Source: a virus
Taxonomy: Duplodnaviria; Caudoviricetes
IMG/VR virus record: IMGVR_UViG_3300006115_000009
Coordinates: 1 to 64,000 of that record
Reading direction: 5' to 3' (one strand)
Length of the DNA: 64,000 nucleotides
Below the pieces are notes generated by a model that saw nothing but the letters and a program-made list of their open reading frames with translations, was not told the origin of the DNA and made no database searches. Position 1 is the first letter of the stretch, and each line of letters starts with the position of its first letter. Below, one piece after another: positions 36,320 through 45,142 of the stretch. Made by a program: the position numbers and the translations under genes.

Positions 36320-36606
36320 TGGGTAGCCTTCACGCTCACGAGTTCGCAGAGTTGGCCGGCGAGGGGGTGATTAGCCTAGAGCAGTCTATCGCTGTTCATC
36401 TCACCAGCAACCACTATCCGCCCGTGCCAACGTCAATGGTGCCGGCCTGTATTCAGGCCATCGAAGCCTGTAACGAGGACGAAGCCGACCGCCTTATCGA
36501 CTTGCCCGACGGCGTGTTCTGGCGTCTGGGGGCAACGTCTGCGCCAGCGTGGGCAGTCGTTGAGGGGCATCACCTAGAGCCGTGGGTCTACTACGACGAG
36601 GACTGA
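36319..36606 (+). CDS. Phage hypothetical protein (HLxSNHYPPVP...HHLEPW)
   Basis: TAATG coupling; conserved-looking His motifs. Confidence 0.7.
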   Translation: MGSLHAHEFAELAGEGVISLEQSIAVHLTSNHYPPVPTSMVPACIQAIEACNEDEADRLIDLPDGVFWRLGATSAPAWAVVEGHHLEPWVYYDED

Positions 36607-36765
36607 GGGGTGGCGGGGCGAAAGCCCTGCCATTCCCCCCACCTAATCGCGCACGCGCGATAATCCAGTAATTGTGGGACAATAAACGTATCGCGCCCGC
36701 GCGATTTAGCAGTCTTTGGTGTATCATTGAGGTATCGGGGAAGCGCCCCGATAGGAAAGGAAGTT

Positions 36766-36981
36766 ATGGCAGAGCGTTCTGACGCACGAGTTAGCACCGA
36801 TATCCACTTGCGAGGTATCGAGACCGAAATTGAGGTCACCTACTACGACAACTTTGTCACTGTTGAGTTCGGCAACTGGCGCAACGGCACGACCAAGTTG
36901 TATCTGACCAAGGAGCAAGCACAACTGCTCTCCAACAAGATTGCCCAAACCGCCCTTGCGGATATCTACGCTGTAGCGTAG
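36766..36981 (+). CDS. 71-aa protein
   Basis: Cassette promoter and RBS. Confidence 0.7.
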   Translation: MAERSDARVSTDIHLRGIETEIEVTYYDNFVTVEFGNWRNGTTKLYLTKEQAQLLSNKIAQTALADIYAVA

Positions 36982-37103
36982 TCGGTGGGTGGGTCGGGGG
37001 AAACCCCGACCTACCTACTACCCCCCTATCGCGCCCGCGCGATTTAGGGTTCCCTGTGATACGCTGTTGGTGTTCCGGAGAAGCCGGAGCAGGAAAGGTA
37101 AGT

Positions 37104-37436
37104 ATGGAAGCAATTGAGATTACAGTTAAGACTTCTGTTAACGCACAGGAGTTCTGGGATGAAGTTACCGGCTGTGCTTGGGAAACGTGGGACTGGTGGA
37201 CTGGCGTTCACTTTGACTCTCCCCTCGGTGCGGAAATTGGTGCAATTAGCATCGACTACATCGACCCCGAGACCGACGAGGAGTGCGAGGAAACTCGTGT
37301 CATCACCATTCACGACTTGGTGTCGGCCTACGAGAAGGCGTCTGCGGCTCACTATATTGACTGGCAGAACCTCGACGCCTCGTCCGGTGACGTTATCTTC
37401 CAGTACGCCATCTTTGGCGAGGCCGTCTACGGCTAA
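37104..37436 (+). CDS. Acidic phage hypothetical protein (DASSGDVIFQYAIFGEAVYG)
   Basis: Cassette promoter and RBS. Confidence 0.72.
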   Translation: MEAIEITVKTSVNAQEFWDEVTGCAWETWDWWTGVHFDSPLGAEIGAISIDYIDPETDEECEETRVITIHDLVSAYEKASAAHYIDWQNLDASSGDVIFQYAIFGEAVYG

Positions 37437-37437
37437 T

Positions 37438-37453
37438 TGTTTCACGTGAAACA
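37438..37453. other. parS site (perfect chromosomal consensus)
   Basis: TGTTTCACGTGAAACA, one base after a stop codon. Confidence 0.85.
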
Positions 37454-37688
37454 TCTCCCCGGGGCCGGTTGGGTTGGCTGGCCCCGGGGATATTACCCCC
37501 CCCCATCGCGCGAGCGCGATAGGAATAGTCCAGGGATTTCCCTACGCGCGGATGCGGCTGCGCGCCACAAACGTTTTGGGAAAGTTCTGTGATGCGAATG
37601 TGTTTTTAACGCATCGCGCGCGCGCGATTAGACCAGTGATTTGGTATGCTGGGTGTGTTCCGGAAACGCCGGCACAAGAAAGGTAGAA

Positions 37689-38102
37689 ATGGGTCTCGAC
37701 CAATACGCATACAAGGTGGATGCTAATCCACTAAACACCGACTTCTCGTTTGAGCGTGAGGATGACGAGGGTGTCACCATCTACAGCGAAATCGCCTACT
37801 GGCGTAAGCACCCCAACCTTCAGGGCTTTATGGAAGCCCTGTGGAACCACAAGCGCATCGAACAGCCCAACAACGGCGTGGATGAGGACGCTTGGTTTAA
37901 CTGCCAGCCGGTTCGCCTCACCCTAGAGGACTTGGCCGACTTGGAGAAGTGCGTCAAGAACAAGTTGCTTCCCAGCACCACTGGCTTCTTCTTCGGTGAT
38001 GACGGAGACGATTATTACAAGAAGGATGACCTTAAGTTCATTAAACAGGCTCGTAGTGCCATCAAGGACGGCTACGAGGTCTATTATGATAGTTGGTGGT
38101 AA
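37689..38102 (+). CDS. Phage hypothetical protein (MGLDQY...YWRKHPNLQGFM)
   Basis: Cassette promoter and RBS. Confidence 0.75.
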   Translation: MGLDQYAYKVDANPLNTDFSFEREDDEGVTIYSEIAYWRKHPNLQGFMEALWNHKRIEQPNNGVDEDAWFNCQPVRLTLEDLADLEKCVKNKLLPSTTGFFFGDDGDDYYKKDDLKFIKQARSAIKDGYEVYYDSWW

Positions 38103-38258
38103 CCATACTGACGGCTAGTTTGCGGCCGTCACAGGGCGTTCTAGGGGTCTCTCAGAGGCTTCTAGAACGCCCACCTTTCCAACCATCGCGCACGCGCGAT
38201 TGGGAAGGTTTCTGTTATTCTGGTTTCGGCGGGGAAAAGCCCCCCAAGAAAGGTAAGT

Positions 38259-38570
38259 ATGCCAACTTTACAGCAATACATTGAGGCGTGTGAGGAAACC
38301 GCACCAGAGGGCGCCGTTGTCGCTTTCTACAACAACGACCCTTATTGGGCAACGTATGAGAAGGCCGACGTCGACGACTTTCGGCGCTCACTAGAGGACA
38401 GTTATCGGGGAGCGTATGACAGCGGTGAGGAATACGCTGAGGAGTTGACTAGTCAGTATTACATCATCCCCGATGGTTTGGAAGCGTACATTGACTACGA
38501 AAGTATGTGGACTGATATGCGTTATGGGGGCGCTTGGTTCGTTGACGGCTACGTCTTTGTTCCCTGCTGA
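38259..38570 (+). CDS. ArdA-like acidic antirestriction protein (C-terminal-domain type)
   Basis: Highly acidic; 'YRGAYDSGEEYAEE...IPDGLEAYIDYESMWTD' resembles ArdA C-terminus. Confidence 0.6.
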   Translation: MPTLQQYIEACEETAPEGAVVAFYNNDPYWATYEKADVDDFRRSLEDSYRGAYDSGEEYAEELTSQYYIIPDGLEAYIDYESMWTDMRYGGAWFVDGYVFVPC

Positions 38571-38685
38571 GCCGGCCGGTCTCGAAGTTTGAGGCCGGTG
38601 GCTTCTATCGCGCCCGCGCGATTGGGGAGACGTTTGGTAATCTGGGTTCGCAAGGGGAAACGCCCCGAGCAAGAAAGGAAACACA

Positions 38686-38952
38686 GTGGCAACGCAATAC
38701 GCAGTGACCCTAGATTTGGGCAACCTAAAGGGCCCAGACGGAAACGCCTTGTCTATCGTGGCTAAGGCTAAGTCAGCACTAAGTCAGTTGGGCGAGTCTC
38801 GTCAAGAGATTGACAACTTTATCAGTGAGGCACTTAGCGGTGACTACGACCACGTTATCGAGACTGTGCGCAGTCGCTTCCACTACGTCACTTGGACTGG
38901 CTACAGTCTGGGCGAGGACAGTGGGGATGAGTGGGATGATGACGATGAGTGA
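38686..38952 (+). CDS. Hypothetical protein (GPDGNALSI...SGDYDH)
   Basis: GTG start, cassette promoter and RBS. Confidence 0.7.
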   Translation: MATQYAVTLDLGNLKGPDGNALSIVAKAKSALSQLGESRQEIDNFISEALSGDYDHVIETVRSRFHYVTWTGYSLGEDSGDEWDDDDE

Positions 38953-39091
38953 GGGGCTGTCGGAATACGAACGCCTTTTGCTCATTGAGAACCTAAGAGA
39001 CTTGCGTGGTCGTATCGGCAACGATGCCAACGAGCAACTGGCTACGGCTATCGGGTCGCTTATCTGGTCTATAGGTGGCGGAGATGAGTAA
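38945..39091 (+). CDS. 48-aa protein
   Basis: Overlap-coupled. Confidence 0.55.
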   Translation: MSEGLSEYERLLLIENLRDLRGRIGNDANEQLATAIGSLIWSIGGGDE

Positions 39092-39371
39092 GTACGTTTA
39101 TCAGGCAAGGGTAGTGCTGGAGTTCTTTGTTGAGGCTACCAGCGCCGAGGAAGTCGAACCAGCGGTTCAGGTCTTTATGAACCACATAGCCGAGGCCGAC
39201 CAGTTACTAGAAAGCCCCTATTCTTGGGAGTTTGCCGACTGGCAGATAACCGAGGTGGCCGATGAGGACGAACTTGGCGAGTGCGACACCTGTGGAAAGT
39301 CGTATGATTTGGCTAGTCGTGACGGCCGGTGCGGAGACTGTGGCAACTGCTCCGACCACTGTACCGATTAG
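39084..39371 (+). CDS. Acidic protein with C-terminal Cys cluster
   Basis: 'CDTC...CGDCGNCSDHC'. Confidence 0.65.
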   Translation: MSKYVYQARVVLEFFVEATSAEEVEPAVQVFMNHIAEADQLLESPYSWEFADWQITEVADEDELGECDTCGKSYDLASRDGRCGDCGNCSDHCTD

Positions 39372-39482
39372 CCGGTGGCTACCCCGAAGTTTGGGGTAGT
39401 TGCCACCCATCGCGCCCGCGCGATTAGGGGATTTGTTGATACACTGTTGGCATACCGGAAACGCCGGTTAGGAAAGGAAACA

Positions 39483-39773
39483 ATGTCGGAACACGAACAC
39501 AACCACGAGGGCTTCATCATCAACGAGAAGGAGTTTGAGTTGCTGGGCGGTGCTGTCTTGCTGGCTACGGCAGGTGCTTACGTTGAGTGGCAGGCTGACG
39601 AGAACGACTTGGCACTTCAGTTTATTGCCAACGACTACCGCGACCTGCTCAACAAGTTGGCACCTTACTCAAATATCATCCAGTCAACTTTCACTAGCGA
39701 CGAGTTCACTCGGAACATCAACAAGCAGATTGAGGAACGCAAGGCGCAGAAAGCGCAAGAAGCGCAGGGTTAG
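39483..39773 (+). CDS. Hypothetical protein
   Basis: Cassette promoter and RBS. Confidence 0.7.
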   Translation: MSEHEHNHEGFIINEKEFELLGGAVLLATAGAYVEWQADENDLALQFIANDYRDLLNKLAPYSNIIQSTFTSDEFTRNINKQIEERKAQKAQEAQG

Positions 39774-39897
39774 CCGGTGCGACAGGGTGGGGAAACCCAC
39801 CCTGTCGTATCCCCCGAACATATCGCGCGCGCGCGATTTGGGGAACCAACTGATACGCTGTTTGTGTGCCGGAAACGCCGACACGGAAAGGGATGAA

Positions 39898-40785
39898 ATG
39901 AACGCCTACGAAGTAGTGGCCCAGACGATTATTGACCAACTCGCAGAAGGTACCGCACCTTGGCGTAAGGAGTGGGTGGCGAGTGGATACGTGCCTAAGT
40001 CGCTGTCCTCACGCAAGCGGTACAACGGCATTAACCACTGGCTTCTGTCGTTCTCCGCATATGCCAAGGGCTACAACTCGCCTTGGTGGGGTACGTACAA
40101 GCAGATTACCGAACTTGGTGGCAACGTCATCAAGGGCGAGAAGGGTACGCCGGTAGTTCTGTGGCGTCAGTTGGAGACCGAGGACGCCGACGGCAAGCCC
40201 AAGAAGGCAGTGGTGATGCGTTACTTCACTGTCTTTAACGCCGAACAAGCGGAATGGGAGAAGGGAGCGCCCAAGTACGAAGCGCCGTTCTCTCGCCCAG
40301 ACTTCGAAATTATCGAAGGTGCTCAGCGAGTTGTAGGGGATTACTTCGGGCGAGAGGGTGCGCCTAAGTTGTCGTATGACGGAGATAGGGCTTTCTACTC
40401 GCCGTTGACCGATAGCATCACGTTGCCCGAGCGAACCAAGTTCACTACCGACCACGGCTTCTACGCCACTTCTTTCCACGAGATTGCCCACTCAACTGGT
40501 CACAAGAACCGGCTCAACCGAGAGGGTGTCGTTGAGGGTCACGGCTTCGGTTCGGCACGCTACTCAGAGGAAGAGTTGGTGGCAGAGTTCACCGCTGCTT
40601 TCCTGTCCGCCGAGACTGGCATTCTGCCAGAAACGCTGGACAACTCAGCGTCCTACGTGGCGAGTTGGTACAAGGTGCTTAAGAACGACCCGAAGTTGTT
40701 GGTCAAGGCAGTGGCACGAGCACAGAAGTCGGCGGACTACGTGCTGAACCGCAAGGCAACCGAGACCGAGGGGGCGGTGGAGTAA
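39898..40785 (+). CDS. ardC: ArdC-like antirestriction protein (ssDNA-binding N-domain plus zincin-like domain)
   Basis: 'APWRKEW', 'YNGINHWLL', 'WGTYKQ...KGEKG', 'YFTVFNAEQ', 'AFYSP..D.ITLP', 'HEIAHSTGH', 'YSEEELVAE'. Confidence 0.88.
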   Translation: MNAYEVVAQTIIDQLAEGTAPWRKEWVASGYVPKSLSSRKRYNGINHWLLSFSAYAKGYNSPWWGTYKQITELGGNVIKGEKGTPVVLWRQLETEDADGKPKKAVVMRYFTVFNAEQAEWEKGAPKYEAPFSRPDFEIIEGAQRVVGDYFGREGAPKLSYDGDRAFYSPLTDSITLPERTKFTTDHGFYATSFHEIAHSTGHKNRLNREGVVEGHGFGSARYSEEELVAEFTAAFLSAETGILPETLDNSASYVASWYKVLKNDPKLLVKAVARAQKSADYVLNRKATETEGAVE

Positions 40786-40990
40786 TCCACCGCTTTCCCC
40801 CAATCGCGCACGCGCGATGGCGGCGTCAATAAATCCTAAAGAAACGCGCGGGCGGCACGACCTCGGAAAAGTTTCACAAAAACTTCGTGTCGAAAGAGTA
40901 TTTCGCGTATCGCGCCCGCGCGATTTTCGGGGGTTATGTTATTCTTGTATTGGTTGGGAAAGCCCTGGCCAAATTTAGATAGGAGTAAAT

Positions 40991-41311
40991 ATGTGTGAAG
41001 AGACAGAACCAAAGGAGTTCACTAGCAACGAGTTGGTGTATATCGCTAAAGATGGCGGTTATGGTGATGCTATCGGTATGTTGTTACTAGACCCCCGAAC
41101 GATTGGTGAGGGCGGACTGGAGCAACTTAACAATGCTGTTCGAAACGGAGAGAGTCTGTGGGAGTTTGTTCTGCGTCAACACGACGAGGGTAATGCTATC
41201 CAGGCAGGCGTGCACGTTATTTATGAGAACGGATACGTCTTTGGCGGGGACTTCTTTAAGCAGATACCGGCCGTCCTGAGCAAACTCAACCCCGAGTTGT
41301 TCCCTAGTTAA
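40991..41311 (+). CDS. Hypothetical protein
   Basis: Cassette promoter, AGGAG RBS. Confidence 0.7.
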   Translation: MCEETEPKEFTSNELVYIAKDGGYGDAIGMLLLDPRTIGEGGLEQLNNAVRNGESLWEFVLRQHDEGNAIQAGVHVIYENGYVFGGDFFKQIPAVLSKLNPELFPS

Positions 41312-41432
41312 TAGGTATCCCCTGAGTAATTCAGGGGAGACCTATGGCATCGCGCGCGCGCGATTAGACCCCGAAATGCTACACTGGATTTGTCGAGGAG
41401 ATGCCTCGGCAGGTATGAAAGGAAACAAACCT

Positions 41433-41702
41433 ATGGGCAAGCCCCAAGCAGTACCGGAAGTAATCTGGCAGGAACCGCCAGTAGCAACTAAAAACTCACG
41501 CAAGGGAAACGGCAAGTACGCACTCATTGAGTTGTCGCTACGTGCCAACCCCGGCCAGTGGGCTTTGGTTCAGGAGAGCGAGAAGTCCGTTGGTGGACTG
41601 CCTCGCTTCGCAGGCCCCGACTTCGAGCGTGCGTACCGCACAGTTCGAGAGGGTATCCGAACCTTCAACCGCTACTACGTTCGCTTCGTCGGGCGTAAGT
41701 AG
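41433..41702 (+). CDS. Small basic protein (LRANPGQWALV), possible DNA-binding
   Basis: Cassette promoter, GAAAGGA RBS. Confidence 0.65.
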   Translation: MGKPQAVPEVIWQEPPVATKNSRKGNGKYALIELSLRANPGQWALVQESEKSVGGLPRFAGPDFERAYRTVREGIRTFNRYYVRFVGRK

Positions 41703-41977
41703 CGAAAGGTCAGGCTGTTAAAGGGTACCTTTCCCCGCCCACCGCAACTCTCTAGCAGGGTTGCGGTGGGTCAGCCGCTTCTCTATTTTTTTGTGGCCGA
41801 TACCATCGCGCTCGCGCGATAGTTCAGGCATTTGCTAATGTGGTGTATCGCGCTGGCGCGAGGCGAATTTCAGGAAATTTCTGATATGGTTTGGGTATCG
41901 CGCCCGCGCGATTAGGGGGTCTATCCCCTACACTGGATACGTCGAGGGAAACGCCCCCGACAACGAAAGGAAAGAAT

Positions 41978-42706
41978 ATGCCGTATAACAACAACACAGG
42001 TCTGCCACTCGCACAGTGCTGGCAGGACTTCCACGATGTATTGGACGCCGGTATTAACAAGGTCGTTCTCTACGGCCCCCCCGGTACTGGCAAGACCTAC
42101 GCCGGTCTCACCTACGGACTGGGTGACCGACCAGCGTTCCGTCTCCCTTGTACTGAGGATATGACGGACAGCGAGGTTCGTGGTGCTTGGATGCCCAGCG
42201 AGACTGGTGCGTTTGTCTGGCACAACGGACAGGGTACTAGGGCGTGGGCTACCGGCGGTCGCTTGGTCGTGGACGAGGTAGACCGAGCCAGCGGTGACGT
42301 TCTGTCGCTTCTGCTTGCCTACACCGACAGCGAGGCTTCGGCTTCGGTGGACTTGCCTACCGGCGAGACTATCCGACCCTATGACGGCTTCTCGGCTATC
42401 CTGACTTCCAATATCGAAAGTCCTGATGACTTGCCGACAGCGTTGCGTGACCGCTTTCCGGTTGCCCTGAACATTAACGTTCCGCACCCCGAAGCGTTGA
42501 TGACGTTGCCCGAACACTTGCGGACTGTCGCTACGGCGGTAGTGTCTGCCGAGCCTCACCGCCGAGCGTCGTTGCGAGCGTTCTACGCCTACGACACGCT
42601 TATCAAGGGCGGTCTGTCGCAAGAGCGTTCGGCAGAACTCACGTTCGGCAAGGTACGTGCCGAGGCGATTATCGAAGCACTGCGCTTCGGTCGCTTGGGA
42701 GCGTAG
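41978..42706 (+). CDS. MoxR/CbbQ/CobS-type AAA+ ATPase
   Basis: GPPGTGKT Walker A, 'LVVDEVDRAS' Walker B, 'ALRDRF' sensor. Confidence 0.9.
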   Translation: MPYNNNTGLPLAQCWQDFHDVLDAGINKVVLYGPPGTGKTYAGLTYGLGDRPAFRLPCTEDMTDSEVRGAWMPSETGAFVWHNGQGTRAWATGGRLVVDEVDRASGDVLSLLLAYTDSEASASVDLPTGETIRPYDGFSAILTSNIESPDDLPTALRDRFPVALNINVPHPEALMTLPEHLRTVATAVVSAEPHRRASLRAFYAYDTLIKGGLSQERSAELTFGKVRAEAIIEALRFGRLGA

Positions 42707-42707
42707 T

Positions 42708-42723
42708 TGTTTCACGTGAAACA
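42708..42723. other. parS site (perfect chromosomal consensus)
   Basis: TGTTTCACGTGAAACA, one base after a stop codon. Confidence 0.85.
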
Positions 42724-42865
42724 ATGGTCGGTAGGGGCGGTGGTAACACACCGCCCCTGCCTACCAGCCACCCAGCCCTAATCGCGCCCGCGCGATTTGG
42801 GGGGTTCTGGGCTACAATGGATACGTACCGGAAACGCCGGTACATCAGTGAAAGGGAATATCACT

Positions 42866-44302
42866 ATGGCAACAAAGAAGCAAGAGATAACTAACGTTAT
42901 CTATCCAGAGTTGGTGGAAGCACTGCGCAAGGACACCGAGGGAGTACAGACGTGGAAAGTCCGAGCCGGTGGCTCAAGCCGAGGGGAAGCCTTTACCGAC
43001 TTCGGTACTCACACTATCCAAGTGCCGTTCGGCAACGAGGACGCGGTGCGGTTGGTGCGAGCGCACGAACTCGCTCACACTCGCATTAGCCCTACCGACC
43101 ACGAGGCGTTAGCAGAGTGGGCGGAGTTTAACGGAATATCTGACCGAGTATTATCTTGCGCCGAGGAGTGGCGAGTTAATGCCGTTGTCGGCAAACTTGG
43201 CTACGACCTCGACCTACTTGCGGACGGCACAGAGAGCGCACTAGGCAAGCGTATTGCCGAGACCAATACGCCCGAAGCCTTTAACGAGATGGTGGCTTTC
43301 GGTGCTGGCTTGGTCGGTACTAAGGCGTTTAACGCCTACAAGCGTGGGGTGAACTCCGTGAACAAGGAGTGGGCTACTGTTCTGGGCGAGTTGTCGAAGC
43401 AGGTTAAGAAAGTTGTTAACAAGTACGATACTGTTCGCAATATCGGAGACACCGAGTTAATCCACTTTAAGTCGGACAGTGACACTACCTTGCCACGTGG
43501 CTTTATCAACTACACCGGCAAGGTGGCGGAGATTATCGCTAGTTTCCAGCGTCCTATCTCTCAGGACGAGAGCAAGGGGTCTAGTGGCGTGAACTACGAC
43601 ACCGGCTTTCAGGCAGGTCAGTTCGCACCGCTAAAGGTGGACACAGTTCACCGCCCAGACAAGCAGGTTAAGGGTCACTTGGCTAAGAAGCGTATCTACT
43701 CGACGAGTGGCAAGGCGGTTCGCAACGCCTCTCGCCTACTTACCGACCCCCAGAAGCGTATCTTTTCACGGAAAGTTCGTGCCAACGGCGGTATTGTTGT
43801 AATCGACTTGTCTGGCTCAATGGATTTGTCTAGCGACCAACTCGACCAACTGCTCGACGCAAGCCCCGGTGCGCTGGTCGTGGGCTACACTCACGGCAAG
43901 AAAGTGGCTCACAAGCCTAACTTCTGGGTGCTGGCGGAGAAGGGCAAGCGTATTAGCGACTTGTCTAAGGTTGGTGGCAATATCGGCAACGGCGTGGACG
44001 GCCCAGCGTTGGAGTGGGCTATCGCTCACCGCCGAGGTAGCGAGCCGATTATCTGGGTCTGCGACGGACAGGTGACGGACAGTCAGGACAAGGCTTTCAC
44101 GCTGGGTGCGTATCTCTGCGCTCAAATGATGATTAAGCACCGCATTATCCAACAGCCGACTGTTGAGGGTGCTATCAAGGTCTTGTCTAATCCCAGCAGT
44201 GCTAAGTCCGAATACGCTGGTCGTGTGTCGTACTTTATCCCAGCAAGTCGGAACTACAACGCTACCTACGTCGCTAAATACAAGGACGGCTACGCCGAGT
44301 AG
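42866..44302 (+). CDS. HExxH metallopeptidase-like plus vWA domain protein (CobT-like AAA partner)
   Basis: 'RAHELAH' N-terminal; MIDAS 'IDLSGSM', later 'VCDG'. Confidence 0.82.
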   Translation: MATKKQEITNVIYPELVEALRKDTEGVQTWKVRAGGSSRGEAFTDFGTHTIQVPFGNEDAVRLVRAHELAHTRISPTDHEALAEWAEFNGISDRVLSCAEEWRVNAVVGKLGYDLDLLADGTESALGKRIAETNTPEAFNEMVAFGAGLVGTKAFNAYKRGVNSVNKEWATVLGELSKQVKKVVNKYDTVRNIGDTELIHFKSDSDTTLPRGFINYTGKVAEIIASFQRPISQDESKGSSGVNYDTGFQAGQFAPLKVDTVHRPDKQVKGHLAKKRIYSTSGKAVRNASRLLTDPQKRIFSRKVRANGGIVVIDLSGSMDLSSDQLDQLLDASPGALVVGYTHGKKVAHKPNFWVLAEKGKRISDLSKVGGNIGNGVDGPALEWAIAHRRGSEPIIWVCDGQVTDSQDKAFTLGAYLCAQMMIKHRIIQQPTVEGAIKVLSNPSSAKSEYAGRVSYFIPASRNYNATYVAKYKDGYAE

Positions 44303-44842
44303 CACAAGGTCAGGAGATTAAAGGGTTCACCCTTTCCCCCGCCCCACTCACCGGCTTCGGCTGGTGGGTGGGGTTCTCCGCTTCCCCCATATCGCGCGGG
44401 CGCGATGAGTAATTCTAGAACTACCTAGTAATCGCGCTGGCGCGATGGCCACATATCGCGCATAAAAAACGCCTGGGCGCAGTAGGTCGAGGAGAAAGTT
44501 TCATAAAATCTCTGTGACAGAAATGTATTTTTGACGACGTGGCCGACGTCGATGCCATCGCGCGGGCGCCATCACAACGTATCGCGTTAAAGAAACGCCC
44601 GGATGTGGCCGCGAAGGGCCAGACGTTTACTGAAAATGCCTGTGAAAAAAGTGTATTTTAAACCTTATTAACTACTCATTAATGACAATAAGGTACATTA
44701 AGGGTTAGTTACTGTAGGGTTTGTGGCCTTAAAAGTACACATACGCGCGTGAAATCGCATTTAGACAGGCGAAAACGGCATACTTTTCTCCCCAAACATC
44801 AATAATTGCTTGGAAGATGTAGGGGAAAGGTACTTTCCGGTA

Positions 44843-45142
44843 CTACTCTGGACGCAAGACAGCCAGAATGCCGTCCCACGTTACCGTTACGTAGTCTTTA
44901 CCCTCTAACTGTATTCCATAAGCCTTAGCGTGGTCGAAGACAATCTCATCTCCTACCTGTACCGGGCTGGTGAGTACGTTGCCCTTGTCGTCCTTAGTGT
45001 CTGCCCCCACCGAAATTACGGTGGCGGTCTTTGGCAATGGTTGAGTGTGCTTAGGTAGGACGAAGCCGGACTCTGTTACCTTGTCCTCGTGGACCAATTC
45101 AATAATGACTCGGCCCGGGGTGCTTTTAAACGTGTCGCTCAT
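44843..45142 (-). CDS. groES: Co-chaperonin GroES (Cpn10)
   Basis: 'GRVII', 'TESGFVLP', 'VISVG', 'VQVGDEIVF', 'EGKDY...ILAVL'. Confidence 0.92.
   Translation of the reverse strand: MSDTFKSTPGRVIIELVHEDKVTESGFVLPKHTQPLPKTATVISVGADTKDDKGNVLTSPVQVGDEIVFDHAKAYGIQLEGKDYVTVTWDGILAVLRPE

Larger units (their letters stand above)
31731..44446. repeat. Dispersed 16-bp palindrome ATCGCGCNCGCGCGAT (about 30 copies) occupying the -35 position of early-type promoters
   Basis: Copies start at 31731, 31984, 32426, 32958, 33211, 33505, 33782, 34215, 34519, 34835, 35330, 35562, 36113, 36646, 36690, 37028, 37505, 37613, 38185, 38607, 39409, 39822, 40803, 40909, 41349, 41805, 41897, 42781, 44391, 44431 (degenerate copy at 32786). 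Confidence 0.95.

Noticed and set aside
31731-44446. Integron-like attC cassette array
   Set aside because: No integrase in the window, no GTTRRRY/RYYYAAC cores, and each cassette has its own promoter; kept only as a loose analogy.
31731-44446. Frpo-type single-stranded DNA promoters
   Set aside because: Most units lack the long complementary arms needed to re-form duplex -35/-10 elements; only a few have mirror -10s.
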